Positions 49,729 through 60,769 are shown, counted from the whole stretch's first letter. The stretch: DNA of 63,051 bases, filler included, from Globobulimina sp. (GCA_003354225.1; 53 parts of 53 records of this genome joined end to end with filler, not necessarily neighbours in it); one strand, 5' to 3'. The notes: generated from the sequence alone by a model not told the origin. Numbers and translations: made by a program.

Positions 49729-49950
49729 TCACAGAGCAAAAGCAACCGGCACTCTGTCTGAAATGATTTTGTATTTGTATAAGCCATCAAAAAAAGTTTC
49801 AAGTCCTTTAATATTTCGTTCTCCAAGATCACAGTCAAGGTATTCAAAATATTTTTCACATAAATCCACAGAAAGGCCTGTCTTTTGTGAGGCAGCCTTA
49901 ATAATTGAAGGATAATTAACCTTGCCCTGATTTTTTGATTCAACAAAAAG
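49729..49950 (-). CDS. mqnA: Bacterial chorismate dehydratase (futalosine menaquinone pathway), C-terminus; not in ORF track
   Basis: LFVESKNQG..IIKAASQKTGLSVDLCEKYFEYLDCDLGERNIKGLETFFDGLYKYKII. Confidence 0.65.
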   Translation of the reverse strand, partial: LFVESKNQGKVNYPSIIKAASQKTGLSVDLCEKYFEYLDCDLGERNIKGLETFFDGLYKYKIISDRVPVAFAL

Positions 49951-50050
49951 NNNNNNNNNNNNNNNNNNNNNNNNNNNNNNNNNNNNNNNNNNNNTTAATT
50001 AATTAANNNNNNNNNNNNNNNNNNNNNNNNNNNNNNNNNNNNNNNNNNNN

Positions 50051-50847
50051 ATTTGCCCCATTTTTAGCGCGCCAAAGTGAGCAAACCAATGCGTTAAATG
50101 ATTCAATAAAAATGTTCGAATATTCTGATGATGAATTATCATTTTTTGTGCTGGAATTTAAAAATGAAATTCATAACAAACTGCCATCGGACCGTGAATG
50201 CCATGAATTGAACAGCATCGTTGCTCAAATTTGCAATGGATCTTATTTTTTGGAGGCAAGAACATCGGCTCTCAATTTAGAATCAATTTGTCGTAAATAT
50301 CAAATGCACTCTGCACAGCGCCAAATTGTTGAAAACGTTTGGAATAAATTACTAAAGAATGGCAACGTTGCTGTTCGTAATCGATTCATACAAAATTGGA
50401 TAGATATTACGCAGAATAAATACTTACAAAAATATGTGTATTCACTCATACTCAGTCGAGCCATTTGCTCTTTCTTTTGCTGTCTTTGTAGGTTCTGAAG
50501 GCTACGGAAATGATGATGGCAACAACAATCAGCAAGGAATGTATTTTATAAATGAAAAAAGGAAAATTAAACATTTATTAAAGTTATACAATGATAGATT
50601 GGTACTAACAATCTTTCCTTCTGCAATGTTACATTACACGCAAACTCCGGAAATATCTGAGTTGGAAACAGTTATTGACAAAATTGAGAATGAATCGCAA
50701 CGAATTTGGAGAGTATCGTCTGTGATGCAAACCAGACAAAACCAAACAATACAAGTGGACCGCGCCAATTTCACAGCATCCATATCATACGGACTTAGTA
50801 AGGAATTACATAAAATTATATGCCATCATAACTCATTCACAATTTGA
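50051..50847 (+). CDS. Hypothetical eukaryotic protein, spliced, C-terminal part
   Basis: Two ORFs bridged by a pyrimidine-rich acceptor TTTGTAG at about 50491. Confidence 0.45.
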
Positions 50848-50964
50848 CATGACTTCCTTCTCTGCACTTCAGTTCTGACAACATTAAGAAATAAGAAACA
50901 CTCAACAGGCATAAAAACAAAACTATCATAATAAAATCAAACAAAGTTTTTGAAATAAACAAAT

Positions 50965-51141
50965 TTAATGAGCTTCAATATAAACTCCACTTTCCTGTAA
51001 TAACCAATAATAAAGAGATTGTGGCATAATTGTACATCTTAATAACCAGTAAACTCTCATAGAATAAGGTAAAAATATTTCATCATCAATTCGATATTCA
51101 ATAGCACGAATAATTTCTGATGCAACGTATTGAGGTTGGAG
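50965..51141 (-). CDS. Short-chain dehydrogenase/reductase C-terminus
   Basis: QPQYVASEIIRAIE..EIFLPYSMRV..MP. Confidence 0.5.
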   Translation of the reverse strand, partial: LQPQYVASEIIRAIEYRIDDEIFLPYSMRVYWLLRCTIMPQSLYYWLLQESGVYIEAH

Positions 51142-51241
51142 NNNNNNNNNNNNNNNNNNNNNNNNNNNNNNNNNNNNNNNNNNNNTTAATTAATTAANNN
51201 NNNNNNNNNNNNNNNNNNNNNNNNNNNNNNNNNNNNNNNNN

Positions 51242-52055
51242 AACAACAATTACGCAATTATTAAATACATTTAATCTCAACGCATTTCATTATTATTTTA
51301 GTGGTGCTTTACGCATACAATTTGTAGATGAAATTATCAATTATCAACCAAACAAAATAAAACAATCTCTGATATGTTCAGATCTTACACTCGCGAAACA
51401 ATTAAGTAAAATGATGAAATATATATCAAATGGAGTAAAAAATGGCGAATGGAATGGTACCCAAAGCAAAGCATGGATTGCTATCGAAGACAATTGTATT
51501 TATAATATATTTCAGTATCACTCAAAGTTTTTAATAAATCATAAAATGAGAAGGAAGTTAAATACATTAAATCGAAAATATCATCGTTTAAAATATAGTA
51601 ACAATGATTTTCTTCGTTTGAGTGGTTTTGAAAAGAAATATGTGACAACAAATCTTGATGTTGGTTTTGTAGAAATTAAAATAATAATTGCCAAATCACC
51701 ATTATTTCATAGGTTTGAAGCAGGATTATTTCGGATTGGAATAGAAACGAATCGGAATGAATCAATATCTATTTGTGACAGGTTAGCAGTGGAACGTAAT
51801 AATAAGTATTTAACTTCAATGTTTATCGGAAATTTCATTGAAAATGAATCTTGTATTTATATCAAAGTGAGCAAGTGCTCAAATAACAGACGTTTAAAGA
51901 TCAACATATGTCATGATCCAAAGTGTAACTTTACTACATTTGATCATAAATCATATTCAAAAGATTTTAGACTGAAAACAAATAAAAATACAAACACAGC
52001 AAATGTGTTCATTCAACAATTTAATGGATTTGGTGAATATGCTGTTTTGTATTAA
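51242..52055 (+). CDS. Hypothetical protein, C-terminal part
   Basis: Over 210 codons open in AT-rich DNA. Confidence 0.55.
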
Positions 52056-52569
52056 ATATTATTTTAATTATTCTCTTTATCTTCTATATAATTTTATCTT
52101 TATTTAACAAAGCGATCAGTATTTTTTTGATGTTTGTCTGAATTGTTTGTGTTGTAGTCAGTGTAGAATGCGAGTTATTTACATGTATAGTGTTGTGATT
52201 CTGTGAAATAACTCCTCAGTATAAATTTAAAAAATATCTTTATTGTAGTAGTAGTGGGGGCACATTCAGCCGGGAAGTAAGTCCGGCTCCACACTCACCG
52301 ATTGCTTAACCATCCCGGCGAGGGAATTAATGNNNNNNNNNNNNNNNNNNNNNNNNNNNNNNNNNNNNNNNNNNNNTTAATTAATTAANNNNNNNNNNNN
52401 NNNNNNNNNNNNNNNNNNNNNNNNNNNNNNNNTGATCCATTTTGGACCGATATAATGCATTGTAAGCCATATCACGATGGCCAAACGAGTCCAATTGATG
52501 CATTATTGATATATGCCACATATAATATTGATATTGCTATTTCCTGCATACATTTGATGTGTTATACAG

Positions 52570-53438
52570 AAATTAAATGCGCAAATTGAGCAAATGTACC
52601 GCAAAGAAAGAGAGCTGGATCCCGACACAGACAACGTGCCATTGTCCGGCAGCGACAATGATTTCGACAGTCCAGTCCCGACAACAAAACCCGCCTCGTT
52701 CAGGGTGCGTGCCTTCAGTCAGCATATGGATGAGCTCAAAAAAGATATGGAAGCTGGTGTCGGTGGCCGGAGATCGCGTTTTGCGCGGGTTGAGCGCCCA
52801 AATTTTGTCAATTAGCACGTGTTGTAACTGCAGATAGTACGGCCACATACGTGGACAATGAGCGGCCGCTTACGAGATTTGGCTCGCGTCGAAATATCAG
52901 CAGTGACCACTATAGCTACGACGTTGACGAAGTTGATGAGAAAATGGAGGATATGGACAGTGGGGCGGTGCTTGGCAAAGAAAATGACATCGTGTACAGC
53001 TTTGGTGTGCGGTTTGTGTACGATAAGAAAAGGAAATATGATGAATGGTACGTGAGGGCCAAATGGAAGAGTTTGAAAGAAGAGTTGCGGTGTAATTGTT
53101 ATGTTGATTTTGGTGTGGAACATTGGGACGAATTGGTTATGAAAGTAAAGGATTACATCAATACGAAGCGAGTGAGAGAAGATTGCAAGTTTAGGGACAC
53201 CGGCGATGTGCTGTTGAATGGGAAGAAGAAGAATAAAGTGACCATGGATATGGAGCATGTCATTGCGATTATGTTATATTGCAATTTCGATCAATTGCAA
53301 GGGATATTCAGTGAGTCGTACCGGATGGGCAAGAATGAGAGTTGCGAGGATTTGAAGAAGAAACATTCGGAGTGGCATCAGCTTGGAAAATATCTGCGAC
53401 AACTCGTGGAAGTGTATGGTACTAAGATATTGACAGAG
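52570..53438 (+). CDS. Lineage-expanded protein (YSFG..F.Y / SLKEEL / IMLYC family, possibly the N-terminal part of an ART-like protein), with a -1 frame break near 52800
   Basis: ORF 52594-52815 overlaps the open -1 frame leading into ORF 52851. Confidence 0.6.
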
Positions 53439-53523
53439 GAACAGCGGCTAAAAAAACCGATCCAGGTCTCCCGGTAGTGCCACCTGACCGGAGCCCTGGG
53501 AACCGCCATCCTGCTTTCAGAGC
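53439..53523 (+). other. Bacterial CoA-substrate dehydratase activase (BadF/BcrA-type ATPase) fragment, chimeric tail
   Basis: EQRLKKPIQVSR*CHLTGALGTAILL. Confidence 0.55.
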
Positions 53524-53715
53524 NNNNNNNNNNNNNNNNNNNNNNNNNNNNNNNNNNNNNNNNNNNNTTAATTAATTAANNNNNNNNNNNNNNNNNNNNN
53601 NNNNNNNNNNNNNNNNNNNNNNNGTAATATATTATATTTAGTGGAGTTATGTTTATTTATTTGCAGCAACACATGCTCGCATAGTTAACAGAATTTGATT
53701 GATATGCATATGAAT

Positions 53716-53786
53716 TATTGCCTAGCTCAAGTAGAGCGCTGGATGTATGGATCCAGAAGATTCAAGTTCAATCCCTGAGGCGACCT
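53716..53786 (+). pseudogene. tRNA-derived sequence (Arg-ACG-like), SINE head or pseudo-tRNA
   Basis: TAGCTC/GAGC D arm, CTGGA/TCCAG anticodon stem with 8-nt loop, GTTCAATCC B box, mispaired acceptor stem. Confidence 0.7.
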
Positions 53787-54132
53787 CATCATACGAATGA
53801 ATTAAGAATGAAAAATGAAAAATATTTGGTGGCAATCAACAGCACCAAAAATACAACAAATAAATGTTTGTGTTGCAATTAATCTGACGTACAATTAACT
53901 GTCAGATCTTAACTCTCCTTGCACACAAAAATTATTATGCATATAAAATCATAAAAAAAACATAATTATAATAAGCATTACAATGTCCTATTATTGTGTG
54001 TTGTGATTATTTGTGTTGATGGCCATGCACTAGGACATCAATCCCATCATCATAGCCATCCAATATTTATCCTTTTCTCTTTATTTTTTCACTCATTCAA
54101 TCTCCAAATCTATCTTTTTCTCTTTTTTCCCT

Positions 54133-54320
54133 GGAAGGAAAATAGGTTAATAATAAAATGTTAAAGGTAACATTTAACTTTTTTCTTTTCAATTTGAAAT
54201 TACTGTTTTTACTGTAAACTCTTTGAATTTACAGTTTTTTACAGATTATTCAATTGAATTCTTAAAGGTTGTGTTTCATCGGGAACCATTAACATTTTAT
54301 TATTAACCTATTTTCCTTCC
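54133..54320. mobile_element. MITE with 32-bp perfect TIRs and 8-bp TSD TTTTCCCT
   Basis: 54133-54164 is the reverse complement of 54289-54320; TTTTCCCT at 54125-54132 and 54321-54328. Confidence 0.92.
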
Positions 54321-54545
54321 TTTTCCCTTCAAATCCGTCATCCCATCTATTTCAATTCAATTTAAATTCAATTTAAATAGTTCAATATCAATATTAAATT
54401 TATTTAAATCCCATTCTTTTTATTCAAATCCAATATTTTAATTAATTCAATCATATTTCCCCTTCATTTATTTGCTTGTATTTTTGGTGCTGTTGATTGC
54501 CACCAAATATTTTTCATTTTTCATTCTTAATTCATTCATATGATG

Positions 54546-54616
54546 AGGTCGCCTCAGGGATTGAACTTGAATCTTCTGGATCCATACATACAGCGCTCTA
54601 CTTGAGCTAGGCAATA
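54546..54616 (-). pseudogene. Second copy of the tRNA-derived sequence
   Basis: Reverse complement of 53716-53786 with one substitution in the anticodon stem. Confidence 0.7.
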
Positions 54617-54895
54617 ATTCATATGCATATCAATCAAATTCCATAAATAAATATACCCAATCATTTTCTGGATTGTTTCCTTTTCTTGTTGTTTTGACAT
54701 CTTTTAAAAAGGGTNNNNNNNNNNNNNNNNNNNNNNNNNNNNNNNNNNNNNNNNNNNNTTAATTAATTAANNNNNNNNNNNNNNNNNNNNNNNNNNNNNN
54801 NNNNNNNNNNNNNNATGACGAAAGAGTTAGTGTGCTCATACCTAAAGTGACTTTAAAAGTTTTGAAGATTTTAGTAAGTCTAAGTAAGAGTGAAA

Positions 54896-55681
54896 ATGGA
54901 TCCTGATAATGTCGCATGGGACGATAAAACGCATGCATTGAAATATATTGAATTTACCAATGGCTGTTTAATTGTTGATTGTGTTGAGAATGAATTAAAA
55001 TCGAATGCCAGTGTATCAGACTTATTATCATTTTATGGTTTATACAGACAGGTAATGTCAGGCGATAATAATACACCGCAACCATCCTATATTTACGCCG
55101 AAAGTCGATTAAAATGGAATGCATGGACAAAATATAAAGGTTTAACAAAGCAGCAAGCATTGATAAAATGGGAAAAAATATATAATAAATTTACTACTTC
55201 ATTCCCAAATATATTTAATAAATATAAATATTCCGATTTAAATAAATATTGCAATTCATTACAACCATTTATTGTGTTTGGCAATGATGATTGTAAAATG
55301 TCAGAAAATGATGCCGATGAATCACAATTAGAAATAAAAAGATTACAAATGGAATTACGACTTAGTCGACAACAAAATGATGGCAATGACCAAAATTCTG
55401 TTAAATATATACGTTTAAAACAAGAGCAATATCAAGAAATAATTCAATATGTAAATCAATTAAAAAATCAAATGAAAAAATATCATAATGAATTTGAAAA
55501 AAATGCAAAACAAATTAAAACATTACAAAATACCAAAAATATGAATGCACAAACAAATCAAACCAATATTGATACAATTAATAAATTAAAAAGGAATAAA
55601 AGATTTTCTTATGTTGTTATGTTTATGATCATCGCTGCTGTGTTGTATTACATTTACAAGAAACGCAAAAATAAAAAATAA
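54896..55681 (+). CDS. Acyl-CoA-binding domain protein with coiled coil and C-terminal tail anchor (ACBD4/5-like)
   Basis: LLSFYGLYRQVMSGDNNTPQP..KWNAWTKYKGLTKQQA; TM followed by KKRKNKK. Confidence 0.85.
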   Translation: MDPDNVAWDDKTHALKYIEFTNGCLIVDCVENELKSNASVSDLLSFYGLYRQVMSGDNNTPQPSYIYAESRLKWNAWTKYKGLTKQQALIKWEKIYNKFTTSFPNIFNKYKYSDLNKYCNSLQPFIVFGNDDCKMSENDADESQLEIKRLQMELRLSRQQNDGNDQNSVKYIRLKQEQYQEIIQYVNQLKNQMKKYHNEFEKNAKQIKTLQNTKNMNAQTNQTNIDTINKLKRNKRFSYVVMFMIIAAVLYYIYKKRKNKK

Positions 55682-56005
55682 AGTGTTTCCTCATTAACTA
55701 ATAAAAACCTCACAGTATACTCTATTAATTATCCTTGCACAATGTCATAAATAACAACACAAACGTTTGCAAAGAGTACAACGGGGACATAGTATACAAG
55801 TCAACTACAAAAATATCAGTGTGTAACAGGCATTGTAAATGCTCTTTGAATCTGTGTATTTTTACTATTCGCTTTAATCGCTTTTCGTTTCTCGGTAGAT
55901 AACATNNNNNNNNNNNNNNNNNNNNNNNNNNNNNNNNNNNNNNNNNNNNTTAATTAATTAANNNNNNNNNNNNNNNNNNNNNNNNNNNNNNNNNNNNNNN
56001 NNNNN

Positions 56006-56645
56006 AGCACATTGTTCATCTGGATCAAAGACGCCTTTTTCAAATAAATGATTGAAATAAAATTCCAAAACTTTAAATGAACAATCATACACTTTTTGAT
56101 TTAAATGGTGAAATTCAAAAATATATTCAGCAACCGCTAATACACCGTGATTATAAATCATTGTATCAACTGGAAAAACTATGTTTGAATACACACCTCT
56201 CCAGGATCCAAAATAAGGAACGAGTTCAGCTAAATTAGTTCGCAATGTGTCTTTTACCCTATTGAGGCAGTATTCATTTTTTAACCGTTTCTTTATCTGT
56301 TTTGCTGATAAATTGGATCTAAAATATTTCATTTTATTTTCTCTGCGAAATTCAAGGATTTTCTGTCTTTCCTCATTAGTTTCGCCAACAGCATAATGTC
56401 GAAATGGATAATAATAATTTAAACGACCGTAATATTGACCTGCTACCAAGATGGTACAATCAAATGTTCTTTTGGGTTAGCAATATTATTCCAATAATTG
56501 ACAAATTGTTTATCTGATGCTAAAATATATTCATTTACAGCTATACCATACCCATATTTATCATAATAAAATCTTTCAAAATGTTTAATGGTAATTGGTG
56601 CGATATTCGTATGGTTTGTTACTCCATCATAACAATTGTCGAGCT
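56006..56645 (-). CDS. Hypothetical protein, partial, with a -1 frame break (or intron) near 56470
   Basis: Exon LDNCYDG..NIANPK continues in the -1 frame as RTFDCTILVAGQYYG into ORF 56449. Confidence 0.45.
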
Positions 56646-57196
56646 GATGTTAAAAACGTTACATAAGGTAATAATGTAACAAATATATATATAACATTTT
56701 TATCAATACCTTTAGAGGATTTGTCATTTGTTGTCTAAGTTTGTAAGAATAAAATGAAGCAAGGATTAATTCTTGTTGTCTAAGTTGGAGTTCTTTTTGC
56801 TGATAACAGTGATTTTAACGAAGTAAGCTAGTCATCCAAATGACCACAAATTTCTACCTTTATTAAACACAATTATTTTCTTTGTGCAAGGATGAAATGT
56901 AACACTCAAAAAGTAAAACAACAATACCAAAACCAAAAAACAATACCACTATATACGGAAAAAAGAAAACAAAAATATACATAACGAATAATAGTTTAAT
57001 GTTATAAACAAGCACTTGATTGTAAATAACTGACACAACATGCATTATATGATATCCTTCTATTTTTATTTTTATTTTGAATTTGTGTTTCTAAATNNNN
57101 NNNNNNNNNNNNNNNNNNNNNNNNNNNNNNNNNNNNNNNNTTAATTAATTAANNNNNNNNNNNNNNNNNNNNNNNNNNNNNNNNNNNNNNNNNNNN

Positions 57197-57763
57197 TTGC
57201 TGCGATTTAAAGTCTGCGACCTGCGATAACTCGAATATCTCATCGGCCGTAATATCGTCGCTGCCATCATCAGTTTGGGTGGCCATGGAATGATGGGATT
57301 CGTTGGACGGACGTTTCTGAGCTTGCTGGTAAAACGGCGTCGTCTTCAAATCATAGTTAAGCACCGATTTATATGCGATCCAATTGGCAGATTCACGGAA
57401 TGCAACGACTTGCGATGGCTGTACTTTTTTGCAGAACGCTGCTAATAAGTCTTTGTCGCGGCGCTCAAAGTTGGCTGGTTTAGGTTTGGCCGCATTGAAT
57501 TTGAGTTTCATGCGATCCAAAATGGATTCATACGGTCGCGATGATGACGAGGCGGCGGCGGCGGGAATAATATAAACGTATTTATTGGTCTTCACAAATC
57601 TCATCATATCTTCATAATCCTCTTTGTAATATCGGATGGGCGCAGTCGACGGGTTCTTTAATGGCAATTTCATCAAAGACGGCGTAAAAAAGAACATCTT
57701 TTGATCTCTGTTGACTTTCTCGGCAAACTGACGAAATTCCCCTAATGGAATGGCAAAAGCCAT
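57197..57763 (-). CDS. Hypothetical protein, N-terminal part
   Basis: ATG-initiated 189-codon open frame; no motif recognised. Confidence 0.55.
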
Positions 57764-58501
57764 ATTGCCTATATACTAAATACGAAATCAATGGCTTGTC
57801 GTCGTTGTTTAATCGTTGCTAATTTGCGGGTTGCTGCGCAAAAAAGTAAATGAGAGGATTAAAGACGTGAAAGTGAACCAAACTGAAGATAATAAAAACT
57901 TTATTTTTGCAGTTAATCATAACACTGCGTTTTATTTGTAAACGAATAAAAGTCCGAATTCATTTCTTTTGTTAACAATCCAATTTTATTATTTTTCTTT
58001 TTCAGTAATTTATTATTTTGCACTTTCAAACTATTCATTTCTTTTGTTATTTCATCAAATAATTTATTTTTTTCATTTATTTTACATTGTAATTCGTGGA
58101 TTTTATTGATTAATTTTTTATTAATTAATTCATATCATATCAAATAATTCATATCATATCATTCAAATCATTAATTCATATCATATCAAATAATTCATAT
58201 CATTCAAATAATTCCCATACAGACTTTTAATGAAATGCAAAAATGTTAATTGTCACTCTTTGCTTTGCGGCATATTCATCAATGCATNNNNNNNNNNNNN
58301 NNNNNNNNNNNNNNNNNNNNNNNNNNNNNNNTTAATTAATTAANNNNNNNNNNNNNNNNNNNNNNNNNNNNNNNNNNNNNNNNNNNNAGGCAATAGAGTG
58401 AGGACTATTTATTAATCCACGCTGCTGGCAAGCAATCCTCTTAGACATAAGTAGACTTTAAATGTAACGGTCTCAAAAAAAACTTAGTTGGCCATAGTCT
58501 A

Positions 58502-59478
58502 ATGACTTATAGATATAAGAGTGCATGGATACTGTTGTTAATATGTTTGATCGTAGGTCCAATTAATTTGTTTATCGACAGAAAAGTTCTAAATGCAACA
58601 ATTAATGGATCCCGATTAGAACCGGAAGTAGCACCAACATTACATGTGAACAATAACAGTACAAATGATATTACTCGCATATTGATTGCAGGCTATGCTC
58701 ATTCTGGGACAACATACATTTCTCAGTTTATTGGAGAAGTACTTTTCGGAAAGGATTCTGTTTTCTATTTGTTTGAACCGACCCACATTTTTCAAAATAT
58801 GCATTTATATCAACCTTTTTATGCAGAAAAGAATATGTCAATCAGTTTCGGAGATATTCAAACTTTTGCATTGATTAATTTGTTTAACTGCACCTTTTTA
58901 ATCAAAGAAAATAGAACGATCCATTCATTTCGAATTAGTGCGGCAATCAATCAGCTTGCAATTAATAATAATTTGACTAAGCAATGTTTATCGAAAAAAG
59001 TTTTAATTTTCAAAACAATTCATTATCATAGTTACGTGTCATATAAATATTTATGGAAATATTATCCAAATTTGATAGTTATAAATTTGATAAGAAATCC
59101 AATAACACACATTCCATCAAGAAGGAGGTTGTATTATCACCGCAATAATTGGACATTCCACGCAAAGCAAATATGTCATCAACAATTGGATGGATTGCGA
59201 TATTTAATAGATAGAAAACATAATATTTCTTCATCTGGACATACTTTCAATATATGGAAACAAGAAGAATTTTTCCAAAATATTCAACAAGATTTAATTA
59301 ATCATATACAAAAATTGTATTCACTGTTTTTTAATAATGGCAATACGGCATTGGATATAATGCCGTTTATAAATCGTTTCGATAACATGGATATTTGGGA
59401 AACGAAAGGGAGACTCGATCCGGTTCGAATACCTCCGGACCAGCAACATATTACTTATATGTTGAGAGAATGTAAACA
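58502..59478 (+). CDS. Golgi-type (type II membrane) sulfotransferase, partial
   Basis: N-terminal TM; 5'-PSB ILIAGYAHSGTTYI; YLFEP; 3'-PB INLIRNP..SR. Confidence 0.85.
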
Positions 59479-60302
59479 NNNNNNNNNNNNNNNNNNNNNN
59501 NNNNNNNNNNNNNNNNNNNNNNTTAATTAATTAANNNNNNNNNNNNNNNNNNNNNNNNNNNNNNNNNNNNNNNNNNNNTCATGTCAGGTTTGCGATTATG
59601 CGACCGAAATTGGCCTTGTTGACAGAATTTTATTATTATTAATAGACAACATAACACAAATCGCACATTTAAATTTAACACATCCAAAACAACAATGATC
59701 ATTGATCAGCATAAATAAACAGGAAAGTTATAAATTTGCATAAAGTAAAAAAGGACTGGACATGGACGGACATCATTATAACACACTGTCAATCAGAATC
59801 ACTATATCAATCGGCTTTTTCGGAAATGTCAGCTCTCTTGACAACGAAATCAGCCGATTCATTGACCATCAATGCATCATCATGCGCAGTCAATAGAACG
59901 GTAAGTCTATCAACCAATGCCCATCCCTAGAATCGAGTGAAAAGTTAGCAAACCGATAACAGAACAAGACTTCTTAGTTAGCAGAAGTTTTATGCAAATT
60001 TCCATGACAGCACAAACTTTACTGCACTACAACATGTCATGACGTGATTATCATGATACCACAACAAAGTTGTCGGTGTGCATCATACTTCATCAACATC
60101 ATCATCACCATACAACCCAGCAAAGCAGCAAGTTCTTCTTATACTATCGATCAACATTACTACACATTACCACACAATATACTGATGGACACATTATATT
60201 CAAGGTTGTTACAGTGCACATCAAAACAGTTGTACTGTCATAGCATCATGCAATAATTTAATCTCATCAACAGGACATTTTATTCCAAGTTTAGTTAATA
60301 CA

Positions 60303-60656
60303 TCATCTTTCATTTATAGGCTCCCATATTGATTTAAGAACTTCCCAATGTTTTGATAATAGTTCTCTTGCTTTTTCTTCATCTGAATCATAATAATTTT
60401 TTATATAGATAGGACTAAAAATACCTTTTCTTTGATGCATAATAAAAATCTCTGCCCAATATACAGATCCATCTTCATAGCAATCTTCATCTCTTTTTTT
60501 GACATCAAATCTAAATATAAGATTCATATCAATATCAGCATTACAATATTCACCATAAAAGTCTTGAAATGTCTCATAGTTAGATTGGGCATCATTGCTA
60601 TAATAATTGTTATCACTACAATAATATTGATGATCGTAATCATATAATTTTTTCAT
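60303..60656 (-). CDS. Phage-type hypothetical protein
   Basis: Strong SD AGAGGGGG before ATG, overlapping downstream start; H.YYC..NY..DMNLIFRFD..QRKG..WEP pattern recalled from phage hypotheticals. Confidence 0.6.
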   Translation of the reverse strand: MKKLYDYDHQYYCSDNNYYSNDAQSNYETFQDFYGEYCNADIDMNLIFRFDVKKRDEDCYEDGSVYWAEIFIMHQRKGIFSPIYIKNYYDSDEEKARELLSKHWEVLKSIWEPINER

Positions 60657-60769
60657 AATTCCCCCTCTTNNNNNNNNNNNNNNNNNNNNNNNNNNNNNNN
60701 NNNNNNNNNNNNNTTAATTAATTAANNNNNNNNNNNNNNNNNNNNNNNNNNNNNNNNNNNNNNNNNNNN

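Larger units (their letters stand above)
53691..54641. repeat. Long inverted repeat: arms 53691-53866 and 54465-54641
   Basis: 176/177-bp arms differing by two substitutions and one 1-nt indel. Confidence 0.95.

Noticed and set aside
52255..52332. HDV-like ribozyme
   Set aside because: Only a TCCCTCG-like loop resemblance; the nested double pseudoknot cannot be built from the available sequence
53716..53786. Functional tRNA gene
   Set aside because: D loop lacks GG, anticodon loop is 8 nt, acceptor and T stems have mismatches
58120..58215. AATTCATATCATATCAAAT repeats
   Set aside because: Low-complexity AT-rich local duplication with no further structure
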